Part shown: piece after piece, positions 30,799 through 36,935 of the stretch
How the letters are laid out: every line of letters begins with the position of its first letter
Numbering within the stretch: position 1 is the first letter of the stretch
Virus record (IMG/VR): IMGVR_UViG_3300037479_000063
Location: 1-36,935 of that record
Length of the DNA: 36,935 nucleotides
Direction: 5' to 3' (one strand)
Origin: a virus
Program-made: the position numbers and the translations under genes
Notes under the pieces: generated by a model
What the model was told of the DNA's origin: nothing
Databases searched by the model: none
Seen by the model: the letters and a program-made list of their open reading frames with translations, nothing else

Positions 30799-31587
30799 AT
30801 GCTCAGCCAAGACGATAAGGTGCGCTGGATCGCGCGCCTCAAAGGCGGCCCGCTGACCGCCCTCATCCTGTTGTTGGTCTATCAGCGGCCAGTGCACCGC
30901 AAGGCTATCATGCAGCAGATGCAATGGGACAAGACCACGGCCAGGAAGTACCTCGCCACCCTGGAGCAGGAGAGGCTCGCCGTCCAGGTGGAGGATGTCT
31001 GGCAATTGCCACAGGCCGGCTACCAGCTGGCCCTCACGCTCGTCGCGGTGGACGCGCCCGACCAGGGTGCCGGGGAAATAGCCCCCGCGTTCACCGGCGA
31101 GCTGTCACGCCGGGGAGAAATTTCCTCGCCCAGTATTATTAGTGTTGAGTCTTCTGATTCAATTGAGTCTCTAAATAAGACTACTAATACTGGCGGGAGA
31201 AAATTTCTCGCCCCGCCGAAGGGGCGCCACAGTAGTGGCGGCCAGCACATCGCCGCCGTCCTCGCGTCACTGGCACGCAAGGGCGCGCCGGCTCCCGCCG
31301 ACGATGACCCCTTCCCCGCCGATCTGAGGCAATGCATCGAGCAGCTCGTGCATCTCGGCGCGCCCCGCCGTAAAGCCGAGCTGGCCGTCGCCGCCTCGCC
31401 CTTCGACAGCGCCACCCTCGCCGGCGAGATCGTCGCCTGGCAGCGCCACTACCAGTCGCCGGCAGGGAGGGGCATCAAAGCCGACGGCTTCCCGTTCCTG
31501 GTCTGCCGGCGTCTGGCCGATGGCGAGCGCTGCCCGACCCAACTCGCCGCCGTCGATCCGTACGGCGGCTATCTCTCGAATGACTAG
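30799..31587 (+). CDS. Winged-helix protein; replication initiator/organiser candidate with an internal origin-like region
   Basis: 262 aa. The N-terminal wHTH-like segment is LKGGPLTALILLLVYQRPVHRKAIMQQMQWDKTTARKYLATLEQERLA. The gene contains the AT-rich repeat-flanked segment at 31113-31213, an arrangement like lambda O and ori-lambda. Confidence 0.6.
   Translation: MLSQDDKVRWIARLKGGPLTALILLLVYQRPVHRKAIMQQMQWDKTTARKYLATLEQERLAVQVEDVWQLPQAGYQLALTLVAVDAPDQGAGEIAPAFTGELSRRGEISSPSIISVESSDSIESLNKTTNTGGRKFLAPPKGRHSSGGQHIAAVLASLARKGAPAPADDDPFPADLRQCIEQLVHLGAPRRKAELAVAASPFDSATLAGEIVAWQRHYQSPAGRGIKADGFPFLVCRRLADGERCPTQLAAVDPYGGYLSND
31113..31213. other. Candidate replication origin: about 59-bp AT-rich core flanked by direct repeats that each contain a near-palindrome
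   Basis: gggagaaatttcctcgccc (31113-31131) and gggagaaaatttctcgccc (31195-31213) flank agtattattagtgttgagtcttctgattcaattgagtctctaaataagactactaatac. The core is about 29 percent GC by count and contains ttgagtct twice. Confidence 0.55.
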
Positions 31588-31595
31588 GAGAACTC

Positions 31596-31889
31596 ATGCA
31601 CATCCAAACCAGCACTAAGACCATGCTGGAACTGACCATCATCCTCGACGAGGTCCAGGCCCGCGCCGCGATCGACGACGCCAGCGATCTGCAAGCGCAA
31701 ATCAAACAGGCGCTCAACGGTCGCGCCGTAGCGCCGCGCACCAGTCGGGAACGCGTGATGCGCCCAAAAGGAAAGCGCCGCGCACCAGTCGGGAACGGCG
31801 GCGAACTCAAGTGCCCGCACTGCGACAAGGACTTCAAGACGCAAGGCTGGCTGGACAAACATCTGTCGGCTGCCCACGCTGCGGCCTGA
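31596..31889 (+). CDS. Classical C2H2 zinc-finger protein (97 aa)
   Basis: AGGAG lies 5 nt upstream of ATG 31596. The C-terminus CPHCDKDFKTQGWLDKHLSAAH fits C-x2-C-x3-F-x5-L-x2-H-x4-H and is preceded by the basic stretch RPKGKRRAP. Confidence 0.75.
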   Translation: MHIQTSTKTMLELTIILDEVQARAAIDDASDLQAQIKQALNGRAVAPRTSRERVMRPKGKRRAPVGNGGELKCPHCDKDFKTQGWLDKHLSAAHAAA

Positions 31890-31999
31890 GAGTCCCGGCG
31901 CTGACGCCCGGTGGCGTGTGTGAGCTCTGCGATTACGAACTGACCACCACCCCCACCGAGCGCGCCCGCCATCTCATTGACCTGGAGAACACCCCATGA
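31811..31999 (+). CDS. Small zinc-ribbon protein (start uncertain)
   Basis: CPRCGLRVPALTPGGVCELC (C-x2-C-x12-C-x2-C). Its stop overlaps the next ATG (ATGA). The only in-frame start is GTG 31811, giving a 79-nt overlap with the previous gene in the -1 frame. Confidence 0.45.
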   Translation: MPALRQGLQDARLAGQTSVGCPRCGLRVPALTPGGVCELCDYELTTTPTERARHLIDLENTP

Positions 32000-33831
32000 C
32001 TCTCAAATCGTTGCCCCTCGACCACATCCACCTCAACCCCTTCCAGATGTGGTCACTCGACCACAACCACGTCGCCGAACTGTCTGCGGACATCGCCGCC
32101 AACGGCCTGCTCCAACTGCCGAAAGCGCGCCCCCACCCGGAGAAGACCGGCCACGTGCAGCTCGCCTTCGGCCATCACCGCCGCGCCGCCGTCCACCAGC
32201 TCGGCTGGGTGGAGATGCCCATCGAAGTCGAGCCGCTGACCGACGTGCAGATGGCCACCTTTGCCGCCGTCGAGAACTTCCGCCGCCGCGAGGTCACCGC
32301 GCTGGACAAAGCCCGCGTGCTCCAATCCCTCACCCAGCCGCCGCTGGCCATGACCCACGCCCAGGCCGCGGCGGTCGTGGGCCTCAAAGACCCGGCCAGC
32401 GTCTCCAACCTGATCAAGCTGCTCAAGCTCCCCCCGGCGGTGCAGGAGTCGGTGGGGCGGGGCGATCTGCCCGAGCGCGTCGCCCGCCAGCTCGTCTCGC
32501 TCGCGCCGCTGGCGAAAAAGAGAATCGAGACCGTCGCCAAGGCCGTCGCTAAAGCCAAACCCGCCGAGCGCGAGGCCGTGCTAGAGGAGCAGGTGGATGC
32601 GCTGATGCGCCGCGCCGCGAAATCGCTCCACAAGGCGGAATGGGACGCGCACTGGCTGCGCACACCCATCCCCGTCGAGCACCCCGCCGACGGCCAGCCC
32701 GCCGAACTGCGCGCGTGCGCCGGCTGCCCGCACGTCTACCGGCGCGGCGGCAACGAGTTCTGCACGTTGCTGGCCTGCTACGAACTCAAAGAACAGCGAT
32801 TCATCAGTGAGCAGCTCGCCCGCGCCGCTGAGCGCCTGGGCGTGCCCGTCGTCGCCGAGGGCGAAAAGACCCAGCCCGTCTTCCGCGAGCACAACTGGAG
32901 CGCCTATGAGGACACGCAGACCCTGCTCAAGCTCTGGCCGAATGACGAGTCGCTCGGGCTGCGACTGGGCATTCTTAAGGAAGCCGCCTACTACAATGGC
33001 CGCACCTTCGGGGCCACGCGCATCGGGCTGTTCACGCTCGATAAGGCCGCCTGCGAGCGCGCCATCACGGCCGCCTCGCGACGCAGTTCTGCCCCGGCGG
33101 CCCCGTCACCGGCCGCGCTGGAAAAGGAACGCGCTGCCCGTCGGGCCGAGCGCGCCGCCGCGCTGCGCCTCGAGCATGACCTCGCCTGGCTGCTGCGCAC
33201 TGCCAGCGAGTGGATCGGCGACGCGCTCACCATCTCCGGCCGGGCGCTGCACTACGTGGTCGAGCTTCTCGTGTGCGACGATGACATGAACGCCCGCCAC
33301 TATCCGGCCGTCTGGGCCTGGTACGAGGCGATGAAGGAGCAGGCCGCCAAGGTGCAGGGATACGATGGCGCTGCCAACGAGATTCGCCGCCGCCGGCTGG
33401 TGGCCGCTCAACTCGTCAGCGATTGCATTGACGCCTACACCAAAGACTCGCCGGCGAAGGTCTGGCATGACGCGCTGGACCAGCTGGCGGCGCGGGCCGA
33501 GAGACGGCATGAAGACGGCTTGGTCGTCTTCGGCGTCAATCCCCCCAAAGGCTGGGACCATCCGCCCGTCCATAAGACCGACTACAACTGCTGGACCTGC
33601 GGCGTCTTCCACGGCGGCGCGCGGCGCAAGTTGAGCAAAGCCGACTTCGAGCGCGGCTGGCGCATCGTCGAGCAGGGCCAGACCGTCCTCTCCGTCGCCT
33701 GCCCCGACTGCGCGGCTACAACCCAACCCGCGTCCGCGCCCGGCAAACCCAAGCCCGTAGGGGCACCCCTTATGGGTGCCCGCCCCGTGACGGCCCCCAA
33801 GCCCAAGAAGAAAGGAGCGCGCCGCCGATGA
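31996..33831 (+). CDS. ParB/Srx-like N-terminal domain protein with HTH and C-terminal Cys clusters (611 aa)
   Basis: LDHIHLNPFQ...GLLQLPKARP...VQLAFGHHRRAAV (ParB box-II-like G-x-x-R-R-x-A). HTH-like MTHAQAAAVVGLKDPASVSNLIKL. Later CAGCPH...CTLLAC and CWTCG...CPDC pairs. Basic tail PKPKKKGARRR. Confidence 0.75.
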   Translation: MTLKSLPLDHIHLNPFQMWSLDHNHVAELSADIAANGLLQLPKARPHPEKTGHVQLAFGHHRRAAVHQLGWVEMPIEVEPLTDVQMATFAAVENFRRREVTALDKARVLQSLTQPPLAMTHAQAAAVVGLKDPASVSNLIKLLKLPPAVQESVGRGDLPERVARQLVSLAPLAKKRIETVAKAVAKAKPAEREAVLEEQVDALMRRAAKSLHKAEWDAHWLRTPIPVEHPADGQPAELRACAGCPHVYRRGGNEFCTLLACYELKEQRFISEQLARAAERLGVPVVAEGEKTQPVFREHNWSAYEDTQTLLKLWPNDESLGLRLGILKEAAYYNGRTFGATRIGLFTLDKAACERAITAASRRSSAPAAPSPAALEKERAARRAERAAALRLEHDLAWLLRTASEWIGDALTISGRALHYVVELLVCDDDMNARHYPAVWAWYEAMKEQAAKVQGYDGAANEIRRRRLVAAQLVSDCIDAYTKDSPAKVWHDALDQLAARAERRHEDGLVVFGVNPPKGWDHPPVHKTDYNCWTCGVFHGGARRKLSKADFERGWRIVEQGQTVLSVACPDCAATTQPASAPGKPKPVGAPLMGARPVTAPKPKKKGARRR

Positions 33832-34139
33832 GCGATCAGCAGCATTCGCAGAATGCCGTCCACGGACAAGGACGCCCGACTCAACTGCACCTGATGGACG
33901 TGCTCGATCAGCAGCACGTGCAGCAGGTCATGGACCTGGCCCGGCTCCTCCAGGCCGCGCACGAAGTGGCCGCCGCCGGGGACGCGGTGAGTCTCACGGC
34001 GCGGACACAGCGCAGCCTGAAGCAAGGCCTATCCACGTTTCAAGACTTGCTGCGCGCGGTGGACGCCCTCGCCGAAACGCTCGCCGTCGCTCAGAAGGCC
34101 TATGAGCTGGCCCTGCTGGAGAAGGGCGTCACCCCATGA
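33828..34139 (+). CDS. Hypothetical helical protein (103 aa)
   Basis: ATGA coupling at both ends. Confidence 0.6.
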   Translation: MSDQQHSQNAVHGQGRPTQLHLMDVLDQQHVQQVMDLARLLQAAHEVAAAGDAVSLTARTQRSLKQGLSTFQDLLRAVDALAETLAVAQKAYELALLEKGVTP

Positions 34140-34480
34140 CCGGCCACATTGACCTCGGCCCGTGCTGCGCCTGTGAGGCGACCGCCGGCGTGCGCAACAT
34201 CATCATGCTCCACAAACTCGCGCCGATCCTGGGTACCGGCTGGGGTTGTGTTGTGTGCGGTCTGCCCTGCGACGGCGCCATCGCCGTCCTGTGCGACGGC
34301 TGCGTCGGAGCCAAGCGCCCGGCCCGTTTCGCCGTCTTCGGCCTGGCCAGCGAACGCCGGCGCATCCCGGTCGCCGATCTCGCCGACGACTTCGATCACG
34401 ACCTAGCCAAACACCGAGCGCATGAGGCCCTGCAGTCCGTGCACGATCGTTATTGGAACCGCCCGATCCGGGCTAACTAA
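34136..34480 (+). CDS. Cys-rich hypothetical protein (114 aa)
   Basis: Eight Cys in the first 56 aa (CCAC, CVVCGLPC, CDGC), suggesting metal binding. Confidence 0.6.
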   Translation: MTGHIDLGPCCACEATAGVRNIIMLHKLAPILGTGWGCVVCGLPCDGAIAVLCDGCVGAKRPARFAVFGLASERRRIPVADLADDFDHDLAKHRAHEALQSVHDRYWNRPIRAN

Positions 34481-34493
34481 AGAAAGGCATCCA

Positions 34494-35213
34494 ATGTATC
34501 GCAAGATCGCTTCCTTCCTCGTCACCACCGTCATCATCGCCGGCGGCCTGTTCTCCGCCTACAACAATTTCCTGCTCTTCGCCTCCATTCTCGGCGCCGA
34601 CCTGGCCGGCGTGCTCTGGTCGGTCGCAGGTCTGGCCCTCTTCGACCTGGGCGCGCTCGGTTGGCTCATGTACTTCGCCCACAGCGCAAAAGGGAATGCA
34701 CAGCGCGCGGTGGCCGCGCTCGCCGGCGTCGCCTGCCTGCTCCTCACCCTGGTGGCCGCCGGCACCCACATCATCCTCGCCCAGACGTTTATTGACGTGC
34801 CCGAGTGGGCCGGACAGGTCGTAATCGGCGCCATCCTGGCCGCGCTGGCCATCAACCTCATCGCCGCGGCCGCCAGCCATATGGCCGACCCGGAGACTCT
34901 CCGCGCCATGCGCGAGCAGGGCCTGAACGATGAGAAACAGGAAGCCCTCGACCGCGCGCAGATGTCCGTTTTCCGCGAGGCCCTGCGCCAGACCGAGGCC
35001 CGCGTGGCCGCCAACGCCGCCACCGTCAGCGCCCAGCTCAGCGCCGAGTTCGCCGACGACGCCACCCGCGAGATGCTTTCCATGACCGCCGGCGGAGCCA
35101 GTACGAGCGCCTTGCCGGCGCGCCCGGCGCAAACGCCGGACCCTACCCCCGCCGCCGGGCTGAACGGCCACGGGAACGGCCGCAAACCAATCCGGCAGAC
35201 CAATGGCTCGTAG
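34494..35213 (+). CDS. Multi-pass membrane protein with helical C-terminal tail (239 aa)
   Basis: ATG 34494 preceded by AAAGAAAGG. About four to five hydrophobic spans, then an E/R/A/Q-rich segment. Confidence 0.65.
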   Translation: MYRKIASFLVTTVIIAGGLFSAYNNFLLFASILGADLAGVLWSVAGLALFDLGALGWLMYFAHSAKGNAQRAVAALAGVACLLLTLVAAGTHIILAQTFIDVPEWAGQVVIGAILAALAINLIAAAASHMADPETLRAMREQGLNDEKQEALDRAQMSVFREALRQTEARVAANAATVSAQLSAEFADDATREMLSMTAGGASTSALPARPAQTPDPTPAAGLNGHGNGRKPIRQTNGS

Positions 35214-35222
35214 GGGCAACGA

Positions 35223-35675
35223 ATGGACATCACCTCCCGCCCGGAAAAGTCTGGCGCGAATACGTCCGCAAAGGCGGCGCGAAGTTCTACCCCCGTGACC
35301 GCTGGCGCGACCCACACGGGCGAAAGCGAGTCCGCAACCGGCCAGACCTCGCGCCGATCCCGGACTCGGTCTCCTACGCCGAATGGAAGACCGCCCGCGC
35401 CGCCGTCCGCGCCGCGCGACAACGCGCCACTCGCGGCCCCCAAACCGGTTACCGCCCCCGAGAGCGTGTTGCAACTCTGCCGTCTCTTGGGGCAGGGTGG
35501 GGCGGTGGAAATCCTGTACCTGCGTGGGGCCGCTGACATCGTCAGCGCCCTGCACGACCTCGCGCTCGATCCGGGCCTGTGGGTGTTGGCCCGTTTGCCC
35601 GCCGGCAGCGAGCCGCTGGACGGCCACATCGCCGTCTATGGCTCCCTGCCGGCCGGGCAGGGAGACGCTGAATGA
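35223..35675 (+). CDS. Hypothetical protein; annotated frame is open, but codon usage suggests the middle (about 35249-35440) is read in the -1 frame
   Basis: The frame of ATG 35223 gives S/T/R-rich text with rare codons (tct, agt, aga, aat) until about 35440. The -1 frame gives GKVWREYVRKGGAKFYPRDRWRDPHGRKRVRNRPDLAPIPDSVSYAEWKTARAAV with typical codons but no start codon. After about 35440 the annotated frame looks coding again (VLQLCRLLGQGGAVEILYLRG...). An alternative is two overlapping genes, with the second starting at GTG 35466. Confidence 0.4.
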   Translation: MDITSRPEKSGANTSAKAARSSTPVTAGATHTGESESATGQTSRRSRTRSPTPNGRPPAPPSAPRDNAPLAAPKPVTAPESVLQLCRLLGQGGAVEILYLRGAADIVSALHDLALDPGLWVLARLPAGSEPLDGHIAVYGSLPAGQGDAE

Positions 35676-35848
35676 AGATCAATAAGCCGGTCTCGCCCGA
35701 ACCCGATCAATCCGCAGGCATGACCATCGCCGACTGGTCACGCCTGCTGGCTGTGCTCATCACCATCATCCTGATCCTGCTGGCCGTGGCCAGCGTCGCC
35801 GGCCTGTGGTACCGGTTCTTTTGGGTGCCGGTCATCCTGGGAGGCTGA
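35672..35848 (+). CDS. Small membrane protein (58 aa; below the ORF-track cutoff)
   Basis: ATG 35672 overlaps the upstream stop (ATGA). TM segment LLAVLITIILILLAVASVAGLWY. Stop at 35846-35848 lies 1 nt before the next ATG. Confidence 0.55.
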   Translation: MKINKPVSPEPDQSAGMTIADWSRLLAVLITIILILLAVASVAGLWYRFFWVPVILGG

Positions 35849-35849
35849 C

Positions 35850-36215
35850 ATGGCCCACACCCGCGATCAACTATTCGATTTCATCGTCGCCTACAAGCGT
35901 CTGTACGATGGCAACAGCCCCAGCCTCCGCGAAATGAGCGCGGCGCTGGAGGGACTCAGCATCAGCGTTGTCAACTACCATCTGAAAGGCCTGGAGCGCG
36001 CCGGGCGCATCGTGCTCGGTGGTTTTGGGAGGAGTCGCAGCATCGGCGTGGTCGGCGGCCAATGGCGCTTCGAGCCGGAGACTCTTGAGCCACAATATCG
36101 TAGCCTCGAAATCGCCCCCGGTGTCATCGCCCATCTCGGGCCAGACGCATCCCAACGAACCATCGACGCCCTGCGCGAACTGGCGAGCGTCTTTATCGGG
36201 GACGGTGAGCCATGA
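35850..36215 (+). CDS. LexA-type winged-helix DNA-binding domain protein without a peptidase domain; repressor/regulator candidate
   Basis: GGAGG lies 5 nt upstream of ATG 35850. RDQLFDFIVAYKRLYDGNSPSLREMSAALEGLSISVVNYHLKGLERAGRIVL matches the LexA N-terminal domain pattern. At 121 aa it has no Ser-Lys protease module. Confidence 0.7.
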   Translation: MAHTRDQLFDFIVAYKRLYDGNSPSLREMSAALEGLSISVVNYHLKGLERAGRIVLGGFGRSRSIGVVGGQWRFEPETLEPQYRSLEIAPGVIAHLGPDASQRTIDALRELASVFIGDGEP

Positions 36216-36439
36216 GCGGCGGTCTGGCCGGCCTGGCCGTCGCCGTCTTCGTGGCGGTGGTGGTGATCGTCTTCGTCATCTCCATGTTCGTGCCCGAGCG
36301 CTCCGAAGAGCCTGGCAATCGCGGCGACGCCATCCTGGTGCTCATCGTCACGTTCACGCCGCTGGCCATCCTGTTCAGCGGAGGCTGCGCCGTCATCTCA
36401 ATGGCGCTGTGGATCGCCGGGCCGATAGAGACCTGGTGA
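36212..36439 (+). CDS. Small membrane protein (75 aa, about 2-3 TM)
   Basis: ATGA coupling. LAGLAVAVFVAVVVIVFVISMFV and ILVLIVTFTPLAILFSGGCAVISMALWIAG. Confidence 0.6.
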   Translation: MSGGLAGLAVAVFVAVVVIVFVISMFVPERSEEPGNRGDAILVLIVTFTPLAILFSGGCAVISMALWIAGPIETW

Positions 36440-36475
36440 CTATTTGTAACATCCGATAAGGAACATTATCGGAGG

Positions 36476-36703
36476 ATGACCAGCATGAGCGACCTCGACC
36501 GCCTACGCGCCCTCCTCGAGCACCTGGACGCCGCGCAACAGCTGCGCACCAGCGAGGCGCAGCGCTGGCAGACCCGCGCTGAAAATCAGGTGTTGTCGTT
36601 AAGTCGATGGGCCACGGGTCTGCTGCACGCCGCCGAGGTGGAGCTTGCCACACGCTGCCATCCGCAATTCATTCAGATCGTCAGGCAGCGCGAGCAACGC
36701 TAG
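36476..36703 (+). CDS. Small helical hypothetical protein (75 aa)
   Basis: GGAGG just upstream of ATG 36476. Ends 8 nt before the recombinase start. Confidence 0.55.
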   Translation: MTSMSDLDRLRALLEHLDAAQQLRTSEAQRWQTRAENQVLSLSRWATGLLHAAEVELATRCHPQFIQIVRQREQR

Positions 36704-36711
36704 TGACACGT

Positions 36712-36935
36712 ATGGCGCACCCGCCATTCTGTGACACAGAAATCAGAATGCCCGCGATGCAAGCACCGGCCCTCACCCTCCACCCTCCACCCTCCACACC
36801 GCTCGCCCCCGAACTCGCCGCCCTCGTCGAGACCGCCCGCGCCCCCAACACCCGCCGCGCCTACCAGTCCGGCTGGCGCGACTTCGCCGCCTACTGCGAG
36901 CAGGCTGTGCAAGCCAATGGCTTGCCTGTCCGCCC
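36712..36935 (+). CDS. Cre-like tyrosine recombinase, 5-prime part (continues at position 128 of the window via the circular junction)
   Basis: ATG 36712 (alternatives ATG 36748 and 36757) is in frame with ...APELAALVETARAPNTRRAYQSGWRDFAAYCEQAVQANGLPVRP, which reads straight into ORF 99-938. No stop before the window end. Confidence 0.85.
   Translation, partial: MAHPPFCDTEIRMPAMQAPALTLHPPPSTPLAPELAALVETARAPNTRRAYQSGWRDFAAYCEQAVQANGLPVR
36774..36794 (+). repeat. Heptanucleotide tandem repeat (CACCCTC x3 with partial flanking copies) in the 5-prime part of the recombinase gene
   Basis: cct-caccctc-caccctc-caccctc-cacacc. The unit length is not a multiple of 3. Confidence 0.9.
36809..36935. 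repeat. Terminal direct repeat, right copy (identical to 1-127)
   Basis: See the left copy. Exact 127-nt identity. Confidence 0.97.

Noticed and set aside
31811-31889. A programmed -1 frameshift fusing the C2H2 protein to the downstream zinc-ribbon ORF.
   Set aside because: The frame relationship is right, but I found no X_XXY_YYZ slippery heptamer in the 79-nt overlap.
36452-36473. The palindrome tccgataa-ggaaca-ttatcgga upstream of the Cre-like gene as a lox-like site.
   Set aside because: The arms are only 8 bp perfect (about 9 of 11 if extended). The element overlaps the GGAGG RBS of CDS 36476-36703, so it is more likely a local RNA or regulatory structure. It remains a low-priority candidate.
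1-36935. A diversity-generating retroelement, a toxin-antitoxin pair or a known defence or anti-defence system.
   Set aside because: There is no reverse-transcriptase-like ORF and no template/variable repeat pair near the fibre genes. I recognised no motifs of known defence families. Absence is judged by eye only and needs HMM searches.

Overview
The window is a complete, circularly closed phage genome from a visibly GC-rich bacterium. Bases 1-127 are identical to 36809-36935, so the unit length is 36,808 bp, and a Cre-like tyrosine recombinase gene runs across that junction. The gene content fits a temperate siphovirus: a tape measure gene with a G/GT frameshift chaperone pair upstream, and no tail sheath gene.

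Layout:
- **Late operon (minus strand, about 25.8 kb down to 0.94 kb).** Mostly translationally coupled. It runs holin-like protein, membrane coiled-coil protein, clan-A glycoside hydrolase, two small proteins, TerS, TerL, an unusual eight-gene cassette of unknowns, a portal fused to a Mu-F/SPP1-gp7-like domain, a prohead protease-scaffold fusion, an HK97-type major capsid protein, neck proteins, the major tail protein, G/GT chaperones (slippery C_CCA_AAA), the tape measure protein, and three tail-tip or fibre proteins.
- **Switch and accessory region (25.8-30.1 kb).** It holds a structured leader ending in a terminator ahead of the late genes. It also holds an array of eight copies of a 12-mer, A(C/G)TCGGGTGGGC, arranged mostly as lox-like palindromes inside and beside a CDS. 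Two near-identical promoters carry the operator-like palindrome TTCCAT-N2-ATGGAA. The region further contains a signal-peptide protein gene, an Xis-like HTH gene, a tRNA 3-prime-end-like candidate attP core and a second tyrosine integrase.
- **Early operon (plus strand, 30.1-36.7 kb).** It encodes a wHTH protein with an AT-rich, repeat-flanked candidate origin inside its gene, a classical C2H2 zinc-finger protein, a ParB-like protein with no ParA, a LexA-type DNA-binding-domain protein, small membrane proteins and the Cre-like recombinase.

All functional calls rest on motif recognition by eye, gene order and start/RBS context. No database search was possible. The host, promoter activity and the role of the repeat arrays are inferences.
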